Positions 1-29,871 of a DNA stretch of 64,000 nucleotides are shown here, in pieces. Every line of letters starts with the position of its first letter. Position 1 is the first letter of the stretch. Source of the stretch: Camelus dromedarius (taxonomy: Eukaryota); NCBI RefSeq assembly GCF_036321535.1, contig NC_087436.1, positions 42,038,001 through 42,102,000 of the forward strand, given 5' to 3'. The translations under genes and the position numbers were made by a program. The notes beneath the pieces were generated by a model that made no database searches, was not told the origin of the DNA, and saw nothing but the letters and a program-made list of their open reading frames with translations.

Positions 1-68
1 AATGCTTGAGACAGAGGCAGTCTCCCTCCTGAGCTCACACTCTTAACAACTGGGCTATGCTGCCCCTC
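1..68 (-). mobile_element. MIR SINE fragment (5' end)
   Basis: aggcagtctccctcctgagctcacactcttaacaactgggctatgctgcc resembles the reverse complement of the MIR head. Confidence 0.5.
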
Positions 69-81
69 TAAGATAAATAGG

Positions 82-332
82 TCGAGATTTGCAGATACTA
101 GCTACTATATAAAAAATAGATACACAACAAGTTTATACTGTATAGCAGAGGGAACTATATTCAATATCTTGTAGTAACCTATAATGAAAAAGAATATGAA
201 AACAAATATATGTTTGTATATGTGTGACTGAAACATTATGCTGTATGCCAGAAATTGGCACAACATTGTAAACTGTCTATACATCAATGACATTTTTTAA
301 AACTTGAGAAGGGAAAAAAAATAAAATAAATA
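82..332 (+). mobile_element. 5'-truncated L1 3' end (younger, camelid-type subfamily)
   Basis: gagatttgcagatactagctactatat...agggaactatattcaatatcttgtagtaacctataatgaaaaagaatatg...acaacattgtaaactg followed by an A-rich tail; homologous to three other copies in this window. Confidence 0.85.
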
Positions 333-656
333 AGGAAGATTTATGGTACATATTAACTTCAATGAGAAGAACTGGCAAGATTTTGACTATGAATTGTGGG
401 TGAAAAATAAGAGCATTACACAGAAAAATTAATTATTCAAAGATTCAGGCGCTGGTATAAGTATATCTATAGTAGCACATGCAGTATAACCGAGGCACTA
501 AGCTGGTGTTGACAGTTTTTAGTTCAGAGCAGTGCTACTCAAAGTGTAGTCCATGAACAGTCTTGAATTATTTGTTGCTGATTTGCCATGAGACAGGAAG
601 TTTGTGCCAACAGGTAAACCAACTGTATCACTAAGCAGCTGGTTGCTTCGTCCGGA

Positions 657-685
657 ATTTTCTTTTTTTTTTTTTTTTTTTTTTT
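657..685. repeat. Poly(T) tract
   Basis: About 28 T with one C interruption. Confidence 0.9.
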
Positions 686-1539
686 CCTTGAAGCAAGATG
701 TTCTTGTTGAAGCATGCAGTGCAGTAATTCACATTCTGACACGAGCTTTTTACCTTCTCACAGACAAGTGCTTTGAAACACACTGAGTTAGAGTAGAGGC
801 AATGTTGCTATAACGATGACATTCCAAAAATACAGTGGCTAAATAAAGTAAAAATGTATCTCTCCTCAGACAACTCTCTAAAAATGGGCAGACAGTCTAA
901 GAGAGTTAGACCGCTCTGTTTCACATGGCTGTCCAAGGTCCGGGGTTGGCAGGTGTTTGACATATGTATGGTTTCCACCTCTGAGTCCAAGGCACATGCT
1001 GCAATTGGAGCCATTTTTACAGCTGGCAGTAAGTGGAAAAGGGGAAATCTAGGGAGAGTGACTTTATCCTTAAGAGGATACCTTACATCATTTCAGCTCA
1101 CTTTCTTTAAACTGAAATTGGTCATATGAAGAGAGCTCAATTTGAGAGACTGTGAAATAGAGTCTCTAGCTGCAAAACCAAAACAAAATAGGGGATGTTC
1201 TGAAGGAAGAAAGGGAGACTAGAAAGGTTAGCCTTCTCTGCTATAGTGAAAATTATGTTTAGAGAGTTAAGCTGAAGCTAGACTATGGAGGATTTGAGAT
1301 TGAATACTGAATAAAAAGATTACAGAAAATAGAGTCACCAGTAAAAATAAAATAAAATTTCAGTTATTATGTGAAGTACATAAGAAATTTTGAGTTTATT
1401 GGCTTGTAATTAACTCATTTTCTCACAGTTTCCAGAGATGAATTCATAAAGAAATGCAAGATGTATATGTAGTTGACTTTCTATGTAACTAGTCTTTTGT
1501 TATTACACTCTACTCGTATTCCAGCGAAAAGTGGGGATG

Positions 1540-1965
1540 GAAAATGCATTGGGATCAAGTCTGAGGTAGGGATCTGGTTCAGTGATTTACTGAGGAAATG
1601 CTTTTAGGGAAACTCTATAAGGGAAAAAGTAAAACAAGAAAGAGACGAGGAAAGAGCTGAGCCCAGGTGTGGTCTTAGGAAAAGTTTGGCCTTGGTTGGA
1701 TCTGCAGGGAGAAAGCTAATCACGCAAACTGTCTCACCTTGAAGTAAGCAGGTCAGGCTTTTACACCCCTGTGTCAGTCAGTCTTTGGACTTGGACCAAC
1801 CCCCTGGAGAGTGGGAGAGATGCATAATTTCCTGTCAAGGGGTTCCTACTGGCCAAGGCAATACTCAGTCTCCCTAGCTGGGGGCAAAAGTGGGCTGAGA
1901 ATGGGGATAGGGTGTTGCACCGGCCAGAAATAAGGTGTTTCCTTCAGTGGAGGAAAGAGCACCCC
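1540..1965 (-). mobile_element. ERVL LTR (LTR16/LTR33-like)
   Basis: cagtgatttactgaggaaatgc...cttttacacccctgtgtcagtcagtctttgg resembles the LTR16 reverse strand, and it abuts ERVL internal sequence. Confidence 0.6.
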
Positions 1966-2765
1966 CGCCCTGTTCGACACCTCACTTCACAAGTTATACT
2001 TGCTTCTCAACACACTCACTTACCCAGGTGCAATTTTTCCACAAGTGTAAAGGTAATTCCTGGGGAAGCCTGTAAGGAGGGCCGTTAGAAGAACTGCAAC
2101 CCCACTGCTGCAGTTGGTTCCAAAGCTGAAACCAGTGCATGTTTCCTCCCACCTCCACCCCCTATTCTGATTTCACCCCACCTGTGGTTAGCACTTCTCC
2201 CGGGCTAGATGGCTCACCTGGTGGGTCAGGCACAGCCTCAGGACCAGCTGCAGTAGCAACAGCTCAATGTTTGTCCCACTAACTCTTTTCTTACAAATTT
2301 CCCCCAAGAATTATGACAGAGAAAGGCCATGCCTGGGTGAAGAGAACTTCATTTGTGAAGCAAGGAGTACACTGTGGCAGACTGTTGTGGTGCCCAGAAC
2401 AGCCCTAGTCAGGCTGTGCTTGCTGTCCTTTCTGATCTACAGTTAAACGTGGGCACCAAAGTATCAACAAGTAACCCAGTGTATTACTTGAATACCAAAG
2501 ACATGTCTCCCTGTATAGTGGCTGTTCTGCCTCTCATGATGATGAGGGTCAGGTGCGCCTATCACGATGGTAACTCATTTCCATGCCTGCTGGTCTGCTG
2601 GCACAAGGAGTCCAAAGTGAATGGAAAATAGTTTCAAATTTTAGTGTGGTGGTCCTCTTCGGTGCCTCCTGGTGGGAGCATCCTTCTTCTGGGAAATAGA
2701 ACTCCTAGACCCAAAGACCTTAAAGTTGTGGAGATGGAAAGCACCAGTTCTCCAAATAAGCCATT
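1966..2765 (-). mobile_element. ERVL (HERV16/ERVL-like) internal 3' region with decayed dUTPase
   Basis: Minus-strand translation across stops and frameshifts gives TTLRSLGLGVLFPRRRMLPPGGT / NLKLFSIHFGLLVPADQQAWK*VTIVIGAPDP / PPGEPSSPGEVL...QLQQWG. This matches the recalled ERV-L dUTPase and downstream pol tail (TTLRSAGLEVLVP..LPPGDT..HFGLLLP..QQAKKGVTVLAGVIDP..PPGKKPRPAEVL..QLQKRG). Confidence 0.8.
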
Positions 2766-2779
2766 TAATTCTCAAAAGT

Positions 2780-3320
2780 GTCATGAATTGGATGGTAAAT
2801 TTGGGTCACTCGAATGGAATGAAGATTGGCACAGGAGAAGGTTGAGATGGGGATAAAATGGACAGATGGCTGTGTTGGGTCTGGCATTCCTTCACCACAT
2901 CTACACAGCAATGACACCTATGCAATTTAAAATATAGGTCTAAAGTTCAGGAGGGAGGTAGGAGCTAAAAATAATGAACTACACGCTACCAGTTTATGGG
3001 GTATGGCCAGTGTATGAGATAAGCTGGGTCAGCAGAAAATAGCACATAGTGTGAAAAGGAAAGGGAACGTGAGCCAAGTCTGGAGTTCAAGGATGGCCTT
3101 CCAGCCTCTAGGGGAAAAAAATAAGAAAGATTAGGACAGAGCATGGATATCCAAGAAACTATGGTCAAACCAGGTAGAGACAAGTTAAGGCTCAGGTTTA
3201 CAGATATAAAACATAAATTCAGAGATAGGGTGGAATCTCAGCAGTTAGAACCTAGCCAAGCCTCAGAAGAGGATGAGGGCAGAAGAAACTTGAAACTGAG
3301 TCCTAGCCTTAGAGAAAGGA
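2780..3320 (-). mobile_element. L2 LINE fragment
   Basis: Purine-rich degenerate sequence with typical antisense-L2 phrases (ataggtctaaagttcaggagggaggtaggagctaaaaata). Confidence 0.5.
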
Positions 3321-3494
3321 TGGTGCCGTTTTATACGGAAAGATTTGGAAATCAGAGAACCAGAACCAGACCGAGGTCCTACTCCCAGTTCTAAGATACC
3401 AGTCAAGAATTTGATCCTGTCTTTTGAACGATTTTTGTGGAACAAAGCCAGGCATTCATTACACCGCAAGCGTCATTACTCTTCCTTCTTGCAG

Positions 3495-23231
<19,737 letters not shown>

Positions 23232-23980
23232 CACTGGGGACGAGAACAAAGGCTCACAAGCTACTGACTCTTCCTGTGAAACAGGAAAAAACAAAAAACT
23301 TTTATCCCCTTAATGCACTTGTGATTGTCAACAAAGGACCGTGTGACTAAATCTCCTGTCTTTTTCATAAAATGAAAAATGTTGCATATGCACGCATTGG
23401 CAATTACTAGCATCAATCCCTGTGTGAGCTTTTGGGAAATAATGTGGGGTTTTGTGGCATTATCCAGTTTCCAGTGTGGGGATTATGACACAGCACAGTT
23501 CCTCTGTTAACCATAAGGTTTTGGAAACTCTGTGTATGACTAAGAACCCTGATTATATACAAGTGACAAATTAGAATTCTGAGGAAAAGATAAGAACTGA
23601 GATTCTGTAAATGAGGTAGCAGTAATCCAATATCTGAAGTAAGGGCTCACATTTTCTCTTTGCTAATTTAAAAACAATTTTGCTTTTATTATGAAAAAAA
23701 TTATATAATCCCACACTCTTATTTTGAGCAGTATTTATTTATTGTATTTAGCCCATACATACTTTCTTCTGTTACCCCTCTTTATGAATTCCCTTGACTT
23801 GCTAGGGAAGTTGTGAAGTTGTCACCGCCCACGTTTTTGGTCTATGTTCCTGCTGTAGGAGGACACTATCTGGAAGTTTCCATACTCATTGATAATACTC
23901 TTTTTTTTCTGGCAGGGCACGCCATTCTCAGTGAATTTTGCATTACGGTTCCAATAAACTCTATCAGACATTTTTGGGGA
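23232..23980 (+). other. NDST4: NDST4 3' UTR (proximal form; may extend to about 26500)
   Basis: Follows the stop codon; AU-rich TATTTATTTATT near 23732-23743; first canonical AATAAA at 23953-23958. The 3' end is inferred. Confidence 0.55.
23953..23958 (+). terminator. Candidate proximal polyadenylation signal AATAAA
   Basis: First AATAAA I could find after the NDST4 stop, followed by a T-run and G-run (tttttgggga). Confidence 0.5.
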
Positions 23981-26476
23981 GAATGAATGAGTAAGTGCAT
24001 ACTTTGCATAATATATTAACTACTAGGTGTAAGGCCATCTTTATAGGTCAAAAATCTTACCATGCTATTAATCTAGGTCTTGCCACCTTGATAATGATGT
24101 AGTATTTATGTTTTTTTTCACTACCCACAGAAGAAAAAGCCTTTATTAATAAGATATGGAATGAAGATATCAATATGTGTTTACAGGTAGAGTGCGGCAC
24201 TTGTGCCTTTTATGTAGTATATGTCAGTCGTTTAAAGCATGAACTTTTATATATGCCAGTACATATACTAGTGCAGAAGATTATGTTTTTAATGTCTATT
24301 TAAAAGAAGAAATATAATCTAAAACTTACCTCTTTAAACACCACTGATTCTCTAAACTAAATCCTATTTCTCAGCCATGCCATCCAAAAATTAATTTCTA
24401 GAGAAGTGATGCTCTTTCTGTCTTAGAGTTACAGGTTCCTCTCCTATTTGGAGATTCTTGTCATGCCGGTTGGATTTTTGTCTCATTTGTCAATGAAGAT
24501 GTGTTAAAGCTTTGTTAATCTTCTCAGTGATACATGAAGGTAAAATTTCTGCAGATCAGTAAATCAAACTGGCTTTGGTAGCTTTATCTCTCAATCTGCC
24601 CTTCCTCCAGAGTAATTTTTCTATAGGCTGTAAATAATGTTACTTTCTCCTAGAATCTGAGAAATTATGCTTGACATAATTCAATGTTGTCGAAGGAAAT
24701 TGAAGATCATTGTTTTCTTGTTTATTTATTGTTTGTTGTTTTGAGAAAGCAATTCAAGTCTAATTTAAAAGAGAATCAAGAATTTTTACATACTTTTGTC
24801 AGAATTCAACATTGGATTTATGCTTTATTAAAATTTTGTTTGTTTTCCTGTTGTTTTCCCATTGCATATAAAGGCTCTTAATCTTTTTCAGGAAATGTAA
24901 AATTTTTCTTGGATATGAGTTGATACAAATCACAAACTGTTACTTTTGCTGTTTCTTTGTTAAGTGAGAGGCTGAATTTCTCAACCTTACCTAGGTAAGC
25001 ATGTGCTTGATAGCATTCCATTAAGCACACTGAAATCACAACAGTTGTGTATTTAGAACTCTAATTTTTGATTTATTTGTTCACTAGTTTCCTTTACATT
25101 CTATTTTTCTCTCTTTCATGAACTAGAGGTTAACTTTTTTCCCAAGTTGGGTGACAGAGATATTCATAGAAAAGAGGGGAGATATTTTTTATATTAAGTA
25201 AAATTCATGTAATTTAAAGTCCAACTCATCACCAGATTTTTTTAAATGTAACTAATTTTCTGCATTTCCTTATTTTTTTCTAACTAATATACAAAGTATC
25301 ATTCAGTTACCTACAGATAGCTGGTGGCAAAATTCCCTCAAATTCAAGTAGTCTTTTCTCCCCTAGTTCATTTCAGTCTGTGTACGTTCTTCTTATGATT
25401 GATAATGAAGACAAAAAGCAAATTTTAATTACATAATTCATCTTCATTTCTTATAGTAAACTACTTAGAGGGACTCTGGGCTATGAGGAGATTATAATAA
25501 ATCTGGAAAAATTTTAGTTTTAAGAATATCTTGGTTTTCCCAATTTTTACCCACTGGCTACTTCAAAATTATTGACTCAAGATTTAACATATGTAATTCT
25601 TTAACATTTTAAGTAAATTCTCTTTTGTACTATTGAGTGACATACTTTTTAAAAGTTTAAAGATCTTCTAAAACCTTTAAATAAGCTAGTGTCTTCTCTT
25701 TGCTTCTTTTTCTTTTTTCCAATGACCTAACAAATACAGTTGTTGATTACATTAATAAAAGTAAGGAATAATATTTGATTATAAGCTTACATCAAAATAT
25801 TGTATATACTTGTCAAATACCAGTCTCTAAAAGTTCTATTACAAATCTCATACAAAAATGAATTTTGTTTGTATTTAACAATGGCTCCAAAATAATTAAA
25901 TAAGCAACAGGAAAGAATGCTAATGAGAATAATTTATATTCTTTCTAACAGTGTATTTTTCTCTAAAAAGAAAATAGCTCTTCATTCAATAAGAGATTTT
26001 CTTTGTCTCAGTTTCAACAAACCCATTTACATTTACCTTATGTAGTTTTGGTTCTTCTATGACACTGTATTAATATGATATAAGGTAACCTGTTTACTAT
26101 GAATAGCAACTCATTTTAATTATGCAAGCAATTTGTAGTGGAATAATATCTTACAAGCCTGTTTTTAGTGGCTAGAAAACATATTAACCATTTGCTTAAT
26201 GGAGGTACGTCAAAAACAATGCTGGGCAACGATTTCAAGAAGAAAGAAATCTAATAGTCTTGCCTATTGGATTTTACCTCAACTACAGGAACACAGCTTG
26301 GCCAGGGGTACATATATATCCTCAATATATGTACATATATATATGCAAATGAATATTTTTCTGCGTGAGCCAGTGAAGTGGGTGGAAAAAACAGAAACAG
26401 AACTCAGCATTTACCGAAATTGTTAAATAACTGATTTAGTAAGTGAATAACATATCTTTGGTTCTCACTTCTTCAG

Positions 26477-26482
26477 AATAAA
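26477..26482 (+). terminator. Candidate distal polyadenylation signal AATAAA (another at 25754-25759)
   Basis: AATAAA followed by GT-rich sequence (ggtatggt...atgttgttt), just before the first recognisable repeat downstream of the gene. Confidence 0.3.
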
Positions 26483-26634
26483 TACTACTGCTGGTATGGT
26501 CACTGGAGTAATGTTGTTTCTCCTCTAAAACTCGAGGTTTTAATCAATAGATGAATCTTTTTCCTTCCCTTTTACTTTGTTCACTACATATATACCCCCT
26601 GAATTCCAGCCATATAACAAGTGTAACCAGGAAG

Positions 26635-26835
26635 TTATGGGAGTGGACTTTGGATGTCCAGGTTCTCTCCCCAGTTCTGTCTCTAGCAAGCTGTGTGGCC
26701 TCAGATAATTTGTGGAACTTCCCTAAGTCACAGTTTCCTTTTCTGTAAAATAGAGACAATAATGTATTATTCATTGGGTCATTGTAAACATTAAATGAGA
26801 ATATAAACAACTTAGCACAATGCCTAATGTAGTTA
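26635..26835 (+). mobile_element. MIR SINE
   Basis: tagcaagctgtgtggcctcagataa...cagtttccttttctgtaaaatagagacaataat...cttagcacaatgcct (MIR core). Confidence 0.8.
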
Positions 26836-28021
26836 TGCTGGACCGTGTTTGTTACAAAAATAATGTATAATATTCAAACCTCTATCTCTTCTCTCATCAA
26901 ACAAAAACATGTTTTTCTACTCCCTTTAATAATAAAACATGTATCTTAAACATATCCTTAATTGTATTTGGTTAAGATTAGAAACTGTTTTTCCCATCAT
27001 TATCCAAAAATCAGTTTTGTATGCCTCCCTGGTGTTGCTCTGATCCACTTTCAGAGCAGAATAGTCCCATCTCAGTCCACTGACGTCTCTTTATGCCTTC
27101 CTCCTACCTACCTCTTCCTTAGTCCACCTAGTAGAATATCTAACTTATACCTTCTCTTTTTAATCTCTCTCTTCAAGAATTTGGCAACTCAAACAGATAT
27201 TCTATCAGGAATATCAGTTCTAGAGGTACAACTTTCTCAAAGGAAAGTCACAAAGTTTAATGAGAAGATATAGATATAATAACAAATCAATGCAAAAGCA
27301 CCTAGATAGATAAAAATTACAAGAAAATTTATCTGAATTCTCTACAAGTCTTCATCTCCTATTTCACCTTCATCGAATAAGGTCTCCTTTCCACAAATAA
27401 AACGTTCTCTTATATTTCAATATATTGTTTTCAATTATATTTATTAATACCAAACAGTATTTTTTGCATTTTTTATTGCAAGTATAAGGTATTTCAGGCC
27501 TGAAATAAGACATTTGTTTTTTATTTATTAGTTAATTTTCATTCAAAAATATTTTACCATTTCTCATGTGTCTACCAAAACCTGGCACATAGTAGGTACT
27601 CAATAAAAAATTCACTGAAATGCATTAAAATGTGCTGAGTGGTACTTATTTACTTATTTGCCCAACCTTAATATATATCATCAACCTTATTCTTGGTTTG
27701 CTTTACATTCCAGGTCTAGTCATTTTATTATGGCTTTCAATGTCAGAACTAGTAATTCTGTATCTCCAGCCTTAAATGTAGTCATGAATTCCAGACCTAT
27801 CTTACTCTGTTCATCACCATCTAAATATCTGCCTGACACCCTATTAAGTACATCCATTATGGAGCTCTTCCCTTTTCAGGTACATTTTCTGTTTCCCCTC
27901 CATCTCTTTTTATTTTTTTAAAAATACACCCAATCAAATCAAGCTTTTAGGCTTCTAGGAATCTTTCTCTTACATAAGCCCAAGTTACACTGCTTCTTTT
28001 CCTGAATATCTTTCCCTAAAC

Positions 28022-28341
28022 CAGAGCCACTAAATAGAAATAGAACATAAGTCACAAATGTAAGTGACCCATGTAATTCTAAGTTTTCTAGGAACTACTT
28101 TGGAAAACTATAAAAAGATAAAATTAATGTCAATATTTTATTTAAGACAATATGTCCAAAATATTATTTCAACATAAAATCAGTTTAAAAATTTTGAATG
28201 AGCTGTTTACATTCTTGTGCTCCTACTAAGTCCTCAAAATTGAGTTGGTCACCTGTACCACACATAACAGGTTTGGACTTGCCACATTTCAAGGGTTTGA
28301 TAGTCGCGTGAGGCTCGCGGGGTCTGTGTTGGACAGAAGAG
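28022..28341. mobile_element. hAT-Charlie DNA transposon, MER33-like
   Basis: aatagaaatagaacataagtcac...atgtaattctaagttttctagg...tatgtccaaaatattatttcaacat...gccacatttcaaggg...ttggacag, collinear with the recalled MER33 consensus. Confidence 0.8.
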
Positions 28342-28389
28342 CTCTAACTTCTCTCCTCTTCTACTTGATTTTGATTGCCTCCTACTCCC

Positions 28390-28815
28390 CCACTAGTGAG
28401 GGAGGGGTTCTTACCCTAGGGTTATCAGGGGAAGCAAACACAAAACTCCCAGTGCTGCACAGAGGGGACCTACAGCAGTTTATCTGTTACATATCCTCAC
28501 AGCCCAGGGAGGAGGACACTGGAGGACATTACACTCCATGCCAGGCTCCCGAGAGTCTCTACTTGGGAAGGAATGAAGAAGCTTCTGACCTGGAGCAAGA
28601 GGTGGCATCTTGCTTGGTCTATGGACCAAATGTACAAATGAAGGTGTGTCAGGAGAGGAAATTCCACATTGAGTACATTTTCCCTTATTTTATTTGCTGA
28701 TGAGGATGGATCATAAAGATAGAATAGTATTCGGGGTGGGGAGTGTTTGGGGTCGTGGGCTTATTGTAACACTTGGCATTTGAGGCTCAGAACAACAGGC
28801 TGTGATCTGTCTACA
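28390..28815 (-). mobile_element. Probable ERVL solo LTR (MER54/MER74-like)
   Basis: GC-richer block with cagtttatctgttacatatcctcacagcccagggaggaggacac, ending ...tctaca; family assignment is tentative. Confidence 0.4.
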
Positions 28816-29369
28816 TTATTTAAAATAAGCTGTCTTCACTCTGTGCTCTACAGAGAGAAGCTATAAATACATCTTCCCCCTGTACTTTTAGGTAATAAAG
28901 TCTATATACTAAACTCTCACAGGTCCAAATCAATTGTAATTTTCTCCTACATGTTCCCAGGACATGCCTGGGAATCACACAGTCTTTTCCAGAAGCCTTT
29001 CATATTTTGATAAAATTAAGCATATGTAAACCTGTAGCTATGTATTGAAGAGATAATGCTCCCACAGACAAGACTCTAAGGACACTTGGATCCCATTTCA
29101 AAACACGGCAAAGCTAAAAAGAAATAAGATGATGGACGTCATTAATAAGAAGTCTATCATTAATAAGAAGTGTTACCTTGGTCACAGGTAACACCCATAC
29201 AATATACACAGACTCCAGCCACCTCTTTCCTCAGCCAGTTCAATCAGTGTAAATAATAAAAGCATTTAGCAGTGTGTGTGCCATTCTCTGCAATGAACCA
29301 ACGTGTATGAACCCCTCATAATTTCCATAACAAAGTCCATCAGACTATTTTAAATGAGTTCGACCTGAG

Positions 29370-29615
29370 GAAGTACAGTGTGTAATATGGTGTGTGGGTG
29401 TCTGCAGCCGGAGTCACAGCTCAAACCCTGGCAGTACCACGTACCCATCTGTGAGGTCCTCGGGCACATTCCTGACACTTACTATGCTGCAATTTCCTCA
29501 TCTTGGCATTGCAGGTAGTAATAACACCTTCTCTTTGAGGTTTTTGTGAGGATTACATGAGTTAAAACACATAAAAGCACTTACAACAGTTACTGGCCAC
29601 TATAGGAGCATTTGT
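29370..29615 (+). mobile_element. MIR SINE
   Basis: tcaaaccctggcagtaccac...aatttcctcatct...ttgtgaggattacatgagttaaaacacataaaagcacttacaacagt. Confidence 0.8.
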
Positions 29616-29871
29616 TCTTAGTCACTTTGCATATACTTTTCATTTCTCTGGATGCACAGTCTGCTCTTTTCCTGTTCCTAGTCTATATGCTGATAGTATT
29701 GGAGTTTATGGGCCCTAATATGGAATGTATTATTAAGATAATTATATAAAGGATAAAACTGGAAAGGATATACATTTCAGCAGGCAATGTTGTAACCTGA
29801 ATTCAGCATGAATAAAGTAATTAGATACAAGTTCCTAGTTTTAGGTCCAAAAATACAGTTGGTCAAAAATA

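Noticed and set aside
657..800. Cryptic exon after the poly(T) tract (ccttgaag|caag)
   Set aside because: AAG acceptor and no convincing downstream donor.
28245..28700. 151-aa ORF
   Set aside because: Spans the end of MER33 and a separate LTR, starts at a non-ATG codon, and resembles no protein I know.
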